Positions 1 through 10,438 of a stretch of 64,000 bases of DNA are shown one piece after another. Each line of letters opens with the position of its first letter. Position 1 is the first letter of the stretch. The translations under genes were made by a program, and so were the position numbers. Below the pieces are notes generated by a model, which was not told the origin of the DNA, made no database searches, and was given only the letters and a program-made list of their open reading frames with translations. Location of the stretch: the IMG/VR virus record IMGVR_UViG_3300036940_000232; one strand, given 5' to 3'. The DNA is from a virus.

Positions 1-1030
1 AATTGCCTGTTTTAGTACTAATCGGATATACTTGAGTACTAATAGATTGCCATGCTGCAGATCCTGCGGTTGCTCCAGCTACAAGAATCTTTCCATTATT
101 TGTAGTGCTAGTAGCAGGAACCGCTAAATAACCATCTACTGTATTAAAGTTATCGAGCTTTGTCTTATATCCGTCAGTAAATACATTCGAATCTGTCGCA
201 TCTGCAACAAGCTGACGAATTTCTGTAGCTGTCTGATCCGCAGTTGCATTCGTCTCTATGCCATCTACCTTTGTCTTATATGCATCTGTAAATACATTTG
301 AGTCTGTTGCAGAATCTACAAGTGTACGAATCTCGGCCGCTGACTGATCAGCGGTTGCATACTCTTCAATTCCATTAAGCTTTGTAACTTGAGCACCTGT
401 CATAAGACCTGCATTTCCACCTGCAATAGCATTTGGAATTACATCAGTTCCGCCAGTTACGTGCTGACTTCCGTGAGTCTGTGGATATGCATATCCACTT
501 GCATTAAAGTAAGACGCAAGCTGAGCAATAGTTTTTGATGGAGTATCTGTCCAATATGTTGAACCGATAATTCTATCAATCATTACTCTGGTATTCTTAA
601 GTTCATCTAATAGATTTACTGGGTTTGTAATCAAAGATGTTGGTGTATTTGAGTATGCAAGCTTTGTACTTTGAATACTTGACTGTGTATGCATACTTGC
701 ATCTGTAGTTGTAGTTCTGTGCGTTTCAATAGCAGTTGTAATTGCTGAACTAATTGTTGGTGAGATATCTAATCTTGCAGCATTAATTTGTCCAGTACCA
801 GTTGTGTTGATTAAACTGATAGTTGCATCTGCTGTAAGATTGACATCAGCATCTGTATCGATCGTGTCTAATTTGTCATAAATTGCTTGGAGTACAGAGA
901 CATGATAATCTAAATCATATTTAATATCATCAAAGTCGTCATTCACAGGGTCGTTGTCAATGATTGTACCAGCAATATAGTCTGACCCACCATTTGGGCC
1001 AGGAAATGTTGCGTTGCTAACTGTTGTCAT
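1..1030 (-). CDS. Tail fibre protein, partial (runs off the window start)
   Basis: Not in the ORF track. Manual translation from ATG at 1030 (MTTVSNATFPGPNGGSDY...) is open to position 1. Contains a 37-aa repeat KxDGIExxATADQxAxEIRxLVxxATDSNVFTD typical of tail fibres and follows the baseplate genes. Confidence 0.75.
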   Translation of the reverse strand, partial: MTTVSNATFPGPNGGSDYIAGTIIDNDPVNDDFDDIKYDLDYHVSVLQAIYDKLDTIDTDADVNLTADATISLINTTGTGQINAARLDISPTISSAITTAIETHRTTTTDASMHTQSSIQSTKLAYSNTPTSLITNPVNLLDELKNTRVMIDRIIGSTYWTDTPSKTIAQLASYFNASGYAYPQTHGSQHVTGGTDVIPNAIAGGNAGLMTGAQVTKLNGIEEYATADQSAAEIRTLVDSATDSNVFTDAYKTKVDGIETNATADQTATEIRQLVADATDSNVFTDGYKTKLDNFNTVDGYLAVPATSTTNNGKILVAGATAGSAAWQSISTQVYPISTKTGN

Positions 1031-1034
1031 TTAT

Positions 1035-1508
1035 TTATCTCCATCTGTCATCTGTATCCCATTCAGCATTAGTATCTGCCCAATAGGTTTCCTCATAAAC
1101 TATTTCGTAATATATTCCTGCAGCAATCGCACCAGACAATGCTGCTTCTATTTCATCTTCCCTAGAAAGTAAATCAGAAATTAATTTTATCTGGATATGG
1201 CAAGGTGAAGTTTCAATAACTTGAAAATCATCAGACTCTAAGAGTAAATAATTTTCTAAGTATTCGATAATAGAATCTTTTGTACCTGCACCAGTCTTAA
1301 TAGATATTAATTCTTGAAGTCTTAATCTATAGTTGGTATCAGTCTCTCCATCTAGTCTAGGAGCATTAATGAATCCGCCCAATGTATCTAGATGATTAGC
1401 GCGCGCACTATTAAGTCTATGTGCATCTCTAACTTTAACTGTTTGCTCATACACCTCTTCGAATGCATAAGCAATAGCATCTATTATACGTTCTCTATTA
1501 GATTCCAT
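1035..1508 (-). CDS. Baseplate wedge protein (P2 gpI-like)
   Basis: PRLDGETDTNYRLRL motif; located downstream of baseplate J. Confidence 0.6.
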   Translation of the reverse strand: MESNRERIIDAIAYAFEEVYEQTVKVRDAHRLNSARANHLDTLGGFINAPRLDGETDTNYRLRLQELISIKTGAGTKDSIIEYLENYLLLESDDFQVIETSPCHIQIKLISDLLSREDEIEAALSGAIAAGIYYEIVYEETYWADTNAEWDTDDRWR

Positions 1509-2236
1509 TATAATCTCCTGTAAAACATTGGGAATTGTCTATCTACACGATTTTTAATATTCGTTGTATAATAGGCTTCAATATTACTAATCGATGGTAC
1601 AACAGTTAAAGTGTCTGTTTCAAATTCAACTTTAAATTGAACATACCTATTATCAGCTTCTATTACAGGATGTTTTGTTGTATATGCTACAAATAGATTT
1701 ACTTGATGCTCATCTAATAAATTATCAGATGCAAGCGTAATCATATTTCCATAAACAGATGCATCTGTTGCATAATTAGTATAATCTGAGGCAAGACCTA
1801 CTTGTGCCTCACCAACAATAGCTGAATCAATATATGAGTTACCATATACATCATAACCATCGCGGTAATTATTTTCCTCTAATATAGAAACTAAAATATT
1901 AATATCGTAATCAGTCATTACTCTATAATTAAATAGACTCATACAATTTTCATATCGTATAGCTCCTACTTCAAGCTCAATCCAATCTCCCATATCATCT
2001 GGGTCATCTGACGTCTTATAATAATACGTCAAGTCTGTACCAAATGGTGTAGATATATCCGCAATAAATTCTCCATAATGATGAAAATTTTTAGTAGAGT
2101 CTTTAACTTCTGTAATTAAAGACCCTGTTAATGAATCATCATCTAAAGTGATATTGCCGGTGGAGCTATCGAAAGTGACATTAGTCAATTCGCAATATGA
2201 TAAATCATTTTCTGTCTTCCACTCATGCATTAACAT
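1508..2236 (-). CDS. Putative virion structural protein (baseplate region)
   Basis: Acidic, beta-rich, translationally coupled between baseplate genes; no family recognised. Confidence 0.45.
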   Translation of the reverse strand: MLMHEWKTENDLSYCELTNVTFDSSTGNITLDDDSLTGSLITEVKDSTKNFHHYGEFIADISTPFGTDLTYYYKTSDDPDDMGDWIELEVGAIRYENCMSLFNYRVMTDYDINILVSILEENNYRDGYDVYGNSYIDSAIVGEAQVGLASDYTNYATDASVYGNMITLASDNLLDEHQVNLFVAYTTKHPVIEADNRYVQFKVEFETDTLTVVPSISNIEAYYTTNIKNRVDRQFPMFYRRL

Positions 2237-2240
2237 TTAA

Positions 2241-4091
2241 TCACCTTGTTATTGTAATTGTATTTGCGGCAGGGATTTGAATATTGCTACCTACTAGATA
2301 TTCTTCATGCCCTTGGTCAGTAGCAGTGTCACCATCAAGAGTAAATGTATCTAGTGTCGCAGTATCAATATCATCATGCCCACTAATAGCAATTTGAAGT
2401 ATTTTATTTTTCCATATTTTATCTTCTAATCCAAGTTCATTAATAAACTCAGTAATATCAGTTTCAATTTCATCTTGAACTTCATCTTTCTCTGAATCTG
2501 TTAAATCAGAATCTTCATCCCAAAGCAGTGTTATTGTAACATCAATCTCGGCTTCTGGTATACGATAGAACCATGAATAAGGTGAATCATCATCGCCTTC
2601 TGCATATGAGCTATCTGTATCATAACCAATCGATTGAACTCCTGCTGCACGAGTTGTTTCTATTGTATAAACAATAGTATCTTCTGTATCAGCATCTCCT
2701 ACAACTCCGCCGCTGACGTATATCTTAATTTTACCCTGAGAATCAGTCACTAATGGACTTGCATTCTTATAGTAATATACGACAGTTACATCTTGGTCGG
2801 TAGTAAGTGCTGGACTGAATGTGATTAATCCAGATATCTCATCATAACTATCAACAGTAAGCGCACCATCGGTTGCTCCAGTCACACTAACAATAGAATC
2901 AATTGGTGTGTCTGTTACTGTTACAGTTGTTGATCCAGATGTGACAGTTGAGAATACTTCAGTGTCATATGTTGTATTATAATTTTCACAGTAGTAAACA
3001 ACAGTAACATCCTGATCTGTAGTTAGCGCCGGGCTGAATGTTATCTCACCTGTGAAATCATCAAACTCTGTTACAGTCAGTGCTCCATCTGTTGCCCCAG
3101 TTACACTTGTGACTGTATAGATTGGTGTATCATATACTGTAACACTTGTTGATCCAGATGCCACTGATGAAAATACTTCAGTATCTTCAACTGCATAGAA
3201 ATCTTGAACGATAACATTTGTTACACCAGTAACATTTCTAATCTTATACTCAATAGCTTCAGCGGTAGCGTTACCAATTGCATTGGCTGTCTGTTGAATT
3301 CTTTGTCTATAGAAGTAATCAGATTCTTGGTCATCTCCTCCTGTCAGAGCAGTTTCATTTTGGACTGAATGTATAAATGTAATATCTGAAACTAAAATAT
3401 TTACTGCGCCTATGATTGCATTCCCTTCAGATCCAGGTTCGGATGCTTGCACAGGAATTGTAATACTAATCGGATAATAATCGATTGTAAGTTCGACACC
3501 TGCAGGAACTTGAGTTGCAGTTGTTATTTCACGACCATTATATGTTGCGCCAGATGTATAATCATTTAAATCATCACCAGTGATTGATTCTATACCACCA
3601 ATAATATTTTCTACGGAAAATATTGTGAATGGAGATTCTTGCGCTGCATATGTTTCATCTGTAATCCTTTGCGCATAATATCCTGTTTCTGTAGTGACAT
3701 AATATGCAGGATATGCATCAGATGTTGAGACAATTGTTCCAGATGGAATAACACGAGTCTGTGTGGTTGTCAATGGTGTTGTACGTTTAAATGTAACTTC
3801 ACCTGTTGCGACAGTTCCACTAAGTCTATCTACACTTAAAAGCGCACCAATTTCATCAAGTGACTGCCCATATGCTGTCTCAATAAATCCAGACTTGTAT
3901 GTTTCCTCTAACTGTGTCCATAATCTAACTAGTTCAACCGTGAATAAATCTGTTATATTCTTAATTGGACTGCCCGGTGTCAAATCGATATCGTCACCGA
4001 ATAAATGCTGCAACCTAGTATTAATATCTGTACGTATTGCTGCATAATCTTTTTTAACAAACCCCGTTTCTGTGACTCCATAATCAGCCAT
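2241..4091 (-). CDS. Baseplate J-like wedge protein with inserted duplicated beta domains
   Basis: N-terminal YGVTETGFVKK...DLTPGSP, A.G.SLD.IG, GxxGN and GGxDxESD..YR.R motifs of the baseplate J family. Confidence 0.9.
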   Translation of the reverse strand: MADYGVTETGFVKKDYAAIRTDINTRLQHLFGDDIDLTPGSPIKNITDLFTVELVRLWTQLEETYKSGFIETAYGQSLDEIGALLSVDRLSGTVATGEVTFKRTTPLTTTQTRVIPSGTIVSTSDAYPAYYVTTETGYYAQRITDETYAAQESPFTIFSVENIIGGIESITGDDLNDYTSGATYNGREITTATQVPAGVELTIDYYPISITIPVQASEPGSEGNAIIGAVNILVSDITFIHSVQNETALTGGDDQESDYFYRQRIQQTANAIGNATAEAIEYKIRNVTGVTNVIVQDFYAVEDTEVFSSVASGSTSVTVYDTPIYTVTSVTGATDGALTVTEFDDFTGEITFSPALTTDQDVTVVYYCENYNTTYDTEVFSTVTSGSTTVTVTDTPIDSIVSVTGATDGALTVDSYDEISGLITFSPALTTDQDVTVVYYYKNASPLVTDSQGKIKIYVSGGVVGDADTEDTIVYTIETTRAAGVQSIGYDTDSSYAEGDDDSPYSWFYRIPEAEIDVTITLLWDEDSDLTDSEKDEVQDEIETDITEFINELGLEDKIWKNKILQIAISGHDDIDTATLDTFTLDGDTATDQGHEEYLVGSNIQIPAANTITITR

Positions 4092-4449
4092 TTATCTCAC
4101 CTGTAATTTGTAATAATTCTCCAGAAGTTGCTATCTTTACTGTTGCAGAAATACTTACAGACTTTCCAGATTGCCTAACAACCTTAATATCTGTGACTTC
4201 CTTATATCTGGAATCTTTCAATATTGCTTGTTTAACTGTATATTTAATAAAGTTAGGAGAAGGATTGTATCCTAATATATCCTGTAATCTTGTCCCAAAT
4301 GTTGGGTACAATTTATTCTCGCCAACAAATGTATTTAAAATGATTTGGATATTTTGTTCCAGATTTTCCTCTCCATGTAGTATTTCAATATTCTTTGTAT
4401 CTGGGTTATAATTAAAATCAAAATCATCTGTTAATAAGATTGACATCAC
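4084..4449 (-). CDS. Baseplate wedge subunit (gp25/W/DUF2634-like)
   Basis: 121 aa with L.Q.I...L.T..GE...P.FG pattern, directly upstream of baseplate J. Confidence 0.8.
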   Translation of the reverse strand: MMSILLTDDFDFNYNPDTKNIEILHGEENLEQNIQIILNTFVGENKLYPTFGTRLQDILGYNPSPNFIKYTVKQAILKDSRYKEVTDIKVVRQSGKSVSISATVKIATSGELLQITGEING

Positions 4450-4937
4450 ATTGCTCCTATATCATCGCTTGTTAGGTCTTCACCTTCAGCAGTTATTGTA
4501 TCTCCAGTCATAATAATATCGCCGCCGGCAATAGTTATAACTCCCTCTGAATCTATACTTATACTCGATCCGCCGTTTTGAATTCTGATTGTATCACTCT
4601 GTAAATTAATAACTTCAGATGGCGCTCTTACTTGTCCTAAAATAATAGGATTTTTTAATTTAAAGCTATTACATGTAATAATAACTCTATCTCCTACATT
4701 AAAAGTTGGCATGATATATGAGCTATCACTTAAACATGGCGTCATAACACGACAATTCTCAAGTGTTAAATCATTTAAACTTGGTACAGAAACGCTTATT
4801 ACTGCAGATTCTTCATTAATAGTTTCAATAACAGCTTCATATGTTCCAAAGAATTCATTATTGAACACTTTACGAATCATCGACTGTATAGATTTTTTAA
4901 TATCTGTAACGACTGCTTCTTTACTTCTTGGTTTCAT
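4446..4937 (-). CDS. Baseplate spike protein (gpV/Gp138-like)
   Basis: N-terminal OB-fold pattern (P...VGDRV.I) plus C-terminal beta-repeat; expected synteny. Confidence 0.75.
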   Translation of the reverse strand: MKPRSKEAVVTDIKKSIQSMIRKVFNNEFFGTYEAVIETINEESAVISVSVPSLNDLTLENCRVMTPCLSDSSYIMPTFNVGDRVIITCNSFKLKNPIILGQVRAPSEVINLQSDTIRIQNGGSSISIDSEGVITIAGGDIIMTGDTITAEGEDLTSDDIGAM

Positions 4938-5851
4938 GCCTCTTCCTCTGATACAGGTATAGCTCTATAAGCTAAAACTTTCATCTCGTATCCGCTTGAT
5001 ATAGTTATTTCATGTGTAACTTCTTCGACTTTATATACTTCTTCATCAAATCGAATAAGACCGCCGGCCTCAACCTTAGGTGTTCCAAATATTTCAAAGT
5101 ATATATAATATAATTGCCCTTCTATTTTAGATGTAGAATCTTTAAACTTAAAAACTTCATCAGTTACGAATGTATTTACATATACATCTTCTTGAATAAA
5201 ATCCTCATCAGCAGAATAAAATATCAAATTCTGTTGGTTCTGTATTCTCATACGAATAGGTTTAGATGTCTCATCTTTTATTAGCTCGATAATTTCATCC
5301 GCCACTTCATATGCGGTTTTACCTTCTGTTGTGATAAAGTTACTGAACTCTGTATCTGCAGTATATTCTGGAATTTGACAGTATACATCTGTAAATCCGT
5401 ATGTTGAAACTAACGCAAAATAATCAGATAATGATCCTATCTTTTTATAATCAGGATTAGTAATTTTAGATTTAGTAAATAAATATCTTTCTAAACGGTC
5501 ACCTTTGAGTTCCCATTTAGTATTCATCCCATCGATTGTATATGATACATCATTTATTCGTACATATTGCCAACCTGACCATAATGTAGAATCACCAGAC
5601 CATCCAAAATTATACTGTAAATAATCTCCTTCGACTATTACAGTATTATCTGGTAGATTCCACAATGTGAGTGTAAAAGTATCAGTTGAAGAGTCAATAT
5701 GGTCATATAACTTTAACTCGATATCTACAACTTCATTATCGATTTTTAAAGTTTGGTATTGGTCTACTTGTGGTGGCTCATCAACTGATGTAACTTCCTC
5801 GATTATATCGTGAATAATTTCTACTTTAATCTCACAAAAATCCAATACCAT
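4934..5851 (-). CDS. Baseplate hub protein
   Basis: 305 aa upstream of the spike; TFTLTLWNLP and G.P....GG.I...YKVEEVTH patterns. Confidence 0.65.
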   Translation of the reverse strand: MVLDFCEIKVEIIHDIIEEVTSVDEPPQVDQYQTLKIDNEVVDIELKLYDHIDSSTDTFTLTLWNLPDNTVIVEGDYLQYNFGWSGDSTLWSGWQYVRINDVSYTIDGMNTKWELKGDRLERYLFTKSKITNPDYKKIGSLSDYFALVSTYGFTDVYCQIPEYTADTEFSNFITTEGKTAYEVADEIIELIKDETSKPIRMRIQNQQNLIFYSADEDFIQEDVYVNTFVTDEVFKFKDSTSKIEGQLYYIYFEIFGTPKVEAGGLIRFDEEVYKVEEVTHEITISSGYEMKVLAYRAIPVSEEEA

Positions 5852-5853
5852 AT

Positions 5854-7485
5854 TTAAGCTCCTGCTGTGTTTACAATCTTACGCTGATTTCCTAACATAT
5901 CTCTTGAGAATGCAAATATCTTCATGTATCCACCGAGCATCCATCCTGCAATAAATACATTTACTTTAGTTGTTGGATCTGAAAATCCCCAAGCATCTTT
6001 AACGTCCTCAGTTCTATTTTCTTTTCCTCTTCCAGTAAAGTCAGCATCAAAATCTGGATGGATATTTAATCTTCCAATAAAGAATTCATAATCACCAGAT
6101 ACAGGTACAGATGTAATTAGTTGTTTCCCACCATTAATATTAGCGTATACTTTAACAGAATACATATCTGCTAAATTACGTGCCCATACATGTGAGGAAA
6201 CTGCATCCTGTGACACTTGATAGTTTCCGCTCCTTAAACTTGGTTCTGGATCAGTGTGACTGAACCAATCTTTATTTCCAGATCGTACTTCTGATAATAC
6301 TTCTTTTTTCTTAATATATTCAGTTACAGAATTTGTAATATCCATTTCATACTGATACCATACATTATATAATGAAGATACTAATGAGATATCATTATCA
6401 GGGTCGACATCTGTGAATAATGGAACGCCAGTAAAGTTAAATTGAGGTTTCCATTCAACGTTATCGTGTTGAGTGACTTCAACATTTATAGTTGGGAATG
6501 ACACAGTGTACCATAGTGGATCGCCATTTGCATCTACACTTTCATCGTAATTCCCGTAGTATGCAGACCAAAATCTAAATCCAATAGTACTTGTGCCAGG
6601 CATCGTTAATGAAATAACGTCTGTATCTTCAATATAGTCAGCGTGGTCTTCGTGAAGATTGCTTGATTTCTTTTCATAATCTTCTATGTATTTTCTGAAT
6701 AATACACCGAAACTATTTTCAGGCCCAATCGTTTTAGTTAATATTCTAGCTCCACTACTTAATATATTATCATTAAATCTAATCTGACCATCAGTTTGCA
6801 CACTGTCATACCATAATGTAGTATCAGTATCATCAGTAGCTTCTGATGTGAATGATAATCCTGCAAGCTCAGTCGAATCTATAATATCCCAACCAATATC
6901 TGAGAACTTAACGATTTTCGCTTGAATTGAACAATTGACAATTTCTCTACTATCTTTATCATGCGATAGTGATAAATTAGTCATCGCTAAATTATCTAAA
7001 TATGTATCGAGCGGGCTGGATGTTGTTAATGTAAATATACGATTATTATTTTTAATATATTCAAGTGCTTGAATAAATTGCTCTATTGTAAAGCTCGTTC
7101 CATTACCTTCAACAAATTCTGAAATATCAACTGTATCAGATTCTGCCACTTGGGTAGCTTCTTCAGTTGTTAATCTTCTGACAACAATTTCATTACCAAC
7201 AATTAATTCTTCAAGTCCATTGAATAAATTCTCATTCATTTTAATATCGAATGATATTGATGCAGGAGATATATTTCCAAATTGTGAACGCGATTCTCCT
7301 CTAATAGTATTACGACTTGTGACTGTTCTTTTCTGCGAAAATTGAATATTTTGAACTGTTGGTATAGTAAACCTATGTAGATCGCCATCTTCATCTTCGT
7401 AGGAAAGTTCAGTAATGGCTGGGCCGCCATTACGCTGAATCTTATGTAATACATTATCATCGTCGTTATAATATATTGAATTCAT
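5854..7485 (-). CDS. Tail tube initiator/baseplate-proximal protein
   Basis: Follows the tape measure gene; N-terminal half resembles tube-initiator folds; mainly synteny. Confidence 0.45.
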   Translation of the reverse strand: MNSIYYNDDDNVLHKIQRNGGPAITELSYEDEDGDLHRFTIPTVQNIQFSQKRTVTSRNTIRGESRSQFGNISPASISFDIKMNENLFNGLEELIVGNEIVVRRLTTEEATQVAESDTVDISEFVEGNGTSFTIEQFIQALEYIKNNNRIFTLTTSSPLDTYLDNLAMTNLSLSHDKDSREIVNCSIQAKIVKFSDIGWDIIDSTELAGLSFTSEATDDTDTTLWYDSVQTDGQIRFNDNILSSGARILTKTIGPENSFGVLFRKYIEDYEKKSSNLHEDHADYIEDTDVISLTMPGTSTIGFRFWSAYYGNYDESVDANGDPLWYTVSFPTINVEVTQHDNVEWKPQFNFTGVPLFTDVDPDNDISLVSSLYNVWYQYEMDITNSVTEYIKKKEVLSEVRSGNKDWFSHTDPEPSLRSGNYQVSQDAVSSHVWARNLADMYSVKVYANINGGKQLITSVPVSGDYEFFIGRLNIHPDFDADFTGRGKENRTEDVKDAWGFSDPTTKVNVFIAGWMLGGYMKIFAFSRDMLGNQRKIVNTAGA

Positions 7486-9731
7486 TAAACTTCTCCTGAG
7501 AATCTCTCTACCATCAATGTTCCAAGTTCATCATCAGATTCTATTAGAACATCTCCGACATAAATATTTGTTAATCCAGAACTTCCTGCAGTTGTCATAC
7601 GACCTGCAGCAGCTTCTGCATTGTTTTCCATTCTCGCTCTATTAATTGTAGAGCCTCCGTATGCAGCTACACCACCAAATGCGGCAAGACCTGCTCCGGC
7701 TCCTAAGTAGCTTCCAGCTTTAAGTGCTGTAAATCCACCAAGTCCACTAAATACTTGTAGACCTACGAGTGCTGCTGTAAGTAAGGTGACAGCATATGCA
7801 AGTTCATACGCATCTTCTCTTGCTAACTTACTAATATATGAGAATCCCATCATAGCAGTCATAGCAACTCCCATACCAACTGCCATCGCTTTAGCCGATT
7901 TATTAATCGCGGCATTTGATGCTGCTAGAGCTTCATTCTTTGCTGTAAGACCATCAGTGCTCATACCTGCTTGTCTAAGTACTGCTGAATGTCCAGTGAG
8001 CACCATCTTAAATTCAATAAATGTATTGATAAGAGCCTGTGTTGATATCTTCAGATTAAACTCTTCGCTAGCAAATAATTGAGTTGCTCCCTGCATGACA
8101 GCCATTAAACTTACAAGTGTTACTAGTGTCATACCAAGTGCGGTTAATGCTCCGGCTAATACTACTGCGGCCCCAAGCGCCATTTTAAATATACCAGGCA
8201 TATTAGTTAGTCCTGTTGAAACGGCACCAAGCACATTTGCAATTAGTTTAAGTACAGGAGCAAATGCTCCACCGATCTGCGCATAGAATGATTGAATCGT
8301 ATTCTGTATCCGCTCAATTGAATGTGCAGCATTATCTGTCGCATTTTTATATAACTCAGTTGTGACTCCAGTTTCATCCACTGCGATCTGCAGTCTGTTC
8401 CAAAGCGCTGGTTGAGCTAACAATAGCTGCTGCAGGGCTTGCATTGCATTAACTTTACCACCAAGCATTTGGGTAAGTTCTTCTGCGGCTGCACTTGCGT
8501 TATTAGAATTCTGGACATAACCACGCATAGTCTCAATGACTTTATTCATATCACGGAAATCTTCATTTGCAAATCCAAATTTGGTTGCAAACTTCTCACG
8601 GATATCAGCCTTCTGGAATTGTACCAGGAACTGACGGAATGAAGTACCTACATTCTTAAGACCTGCTGATGAAAGTATACCGAGGTATGCAGATAGGTCA
8701 CGAACTTCAAGACCTGCTTGATATGCTGAACCTGCGGCAAACTCGAACCAATCCACCATATCTTCTAATTCAGCAGTAGATGCGTTTGCGGCTGCTGTCA
8801 TAGAGTCTACAATCATTGTAGATTTATTGACATTTAAGTGGAACGCTTCCATCGTTTTAATAACGGCGTTTGAAGCATCTTTATAATCAATCTGAGCTAC
8901 AGTTGCTAATTGAAGTACATCTGTTACAGCTTTTGTGTTCTTTGTAACATCAATACCAGAAGCACTGAAACGCTCCATTGAGGATGCTACATCATTAATT
9001 CCATAAACATTTCCAGCTTGTAACGCAAAGATATCTGAACGACTTAATGTTGATGCGAAATCTGTTGACTTAGCAATATAGTCAGCATAGTACTTATCGA
9101 ATTCTGCAAACTCTGAAATAGTTTGTTTCATTATCATCTGGATTTGATTAAGAAATGGACTTACGAATTGAGTGATGATGTGTAAACTGAATGCTGCGCT
9201 GAATGCGTTCTTAATAGTTTGTGAACTCTTTTTAGCATTTGCTGCCATACGGTCTTGCTCTTTCTTGACCATATTGGTTTGATGCTTTGCTGCGTCTTCA
9301 GCATAATTGCTCATCCGTTTATTACTTGCAACAAACGAGCGTTCATATTGTTTCTGCTTAGCTTCCATACCGCTAAACATATTGTCAGCAGCCTTCATGC
9401 TATTTTCCATTGAGGCTTTTGACATAACATTCGATTCCATGCCTTTCATAGCAGCACCGAATCCTCGCATTCCTTGTACGTTCCACTGTCCTACTTGCGC
9501 TCTATCAACTACCCTTTGCTCTCTTAAATTCTGAGCAGCACGACCTACATCTAAGCCCTGCTGCATTACATCGCGAAAAGCTTTGGATCTTTTTGTTACG
9601 CGTCTACCTGGGCCAGCTTCACGCTTTTGTAAACCTGACATGGCAGTATTTACTTGTCTCACCGCTTTGTTGAGAGCCACGCCATTGACTATAGTTGTAA
9701 CATCAAGAATAGTCTCTAATTTATTTACCAT
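7485..9731 (-). CDS. Tail tape measure protein
   Basis: 748 aa, Ala-rich helical, TP901-type core (A..S.A....L..M...AG..A...G), hydrophobic C-terminal region. Confidence 0.9.
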   Translation of the reverse strand: MVNKLETILDVTTIVNGVALNKAVRQVNTAMSGLQKREAGPGRRVTKRSKAFRDVMQQGLDVGRAAQNLREQRVVDRAQVGQWNVQGMRGFGAAMKGMESNVMSKASMENSMKAADNMFSGMEAKQKQYERSFVASNKRMSNYAEDAAKHQTNMVKKEQDRMAANAKKSSQTIKNAFSAAFSLHIITQFVSPFLNQIQMIMKQTISEFAEFDKYYADYIAKSTDFASTLSRSDIFALQAGNVYGINDVASSMERFSASGIDVTKNTKAVTDVLQLATVAQIDYKDASNAVIKTMEAFHLNVNKSTMIVDSMTAAANASTAELEDMVDWFEFAAGSAYQAGLEVRDLSAYLGILSSAGLKNVGTSFRQFLVQFQKADIREKFATKFGFANEDFRDMNKVIETMRGYVQNSNNASAAAEELTQMLGGKVNAMQALQQLLLAQPALWNRLQIAVDETGVTTELYKNATDNAAHSIERIQNTIQSFYAQIGGAFAPVLKLIANVLGAVSTGLTNMPGIFKMALGAAVVLAGALTALGMTLVTLVSLMAVMQGATQLFASEEFNLKISTQALINTFIEFKMVLTGHSAVLRQAGMSTDGLTAKNEALAASNAAINKSAKAMAVGMGVAMTAMMGFSYISKLAREDAYELAYAVTLLTAALVGLQVFSGLGGFTALKAGSYLGAGAGLAAFGGVAAYGGSTINRARMENNAEAAAGRMTTAGSSGLTNIYVGDVLIESDDELGTLMVERFSGEV

Positions 9732-9990
9732 ATAAACCCTTCATTAAAGTAATCTTCCTTTTCATCTGCTCAGGAGTATCTGTAGCAGTAATAGATAAAG
9801 GATTAGTTTTCGCGGGATTATCGTTCCGCATCTTGTCTATTTCGGCCTTATAATTTTCTGCACAAGCTACAAGGAAAAGAATCTGTAATGGAGTAAGGTC
9901 AGAAGGCCCATCTGTCAATTTATAGTGCGACCTTTCTCCATTTAATATAAAGTCTAACTGTTTACCGCGTGGACTACTCGCGAAAGTCTT
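9721..9990 (-). CDS. Tail assembly chaperone C-terminal extension (T frame; probably made by frameshift)
   Basis: Frame is open from 9990 to 9721 and overlaps the end of the upstream chaperone; only a weak TTG start at 9918. Confidence 0.6.
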   Translation of the reverse strand, partial: KTFASSPRGKQLDFILNGERSHYKLTDGPSDLTPLQILFLVACAENYKAEIDKMRNDNPAKTNPLSITATDTPEQMKRKITLMKGLYGK

Positions 9991-10396
9991 CTACCAATTC
10001 TTTTGAATCTGGTGAAGCTCCACTAATCTCACGTACAAAATCTGCAAGTGCGGTAATGCCAGATAACTGTTTGACCTGTTCTACCGTAAGGCCAACGTCT
10101 GTAAAGTCTTCCATTGCCTTGCATACAATATACGCATTGACTTCTGTTGAAGCTTTAAGGATTTCTCCCATCATGACACCTTCTGGAAGATCATCTTCAG
10201 AAGTTGACTCACCCATGTGCATCATATATTTCTTTGTGACTGGATCGGTAATTGCATCAAATGCAAGTGCGTCTGCTTCATTAAGTTCTAAGTCTGTAAG
10301 CGGTCTAACGTATACTGTTCCTGCAGGAAGTTCATATTCCTTTACAACAGATTTTCCTTTCTGAATTAATTCGTTAATGTTAAAATAAGTTTTCAT
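9974..10396 (-). CDS. Tail assembly chaperone (G-like)
   Basis: Acidic 140 aa between the tube and tape measure genes. Confidence 0.75.
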   Translation of the reverse strand: MKTYFNINELIQKGKSVVKEYELPAGTVYVRPLTDLELNEADALAFDAITDPVTKKYMMHMGESTSEDDLPEGVMMGEILKASTEVNAYIVCKAMEDFTDVGLTVEQVKQLSGITALADFVREISGASPDSKELVEDFRE

Positions 10397-10438
10397 AATG
10401 TTTCCTCCAAAAATTATTTAAAAAAAAGGTGAGTAAGC

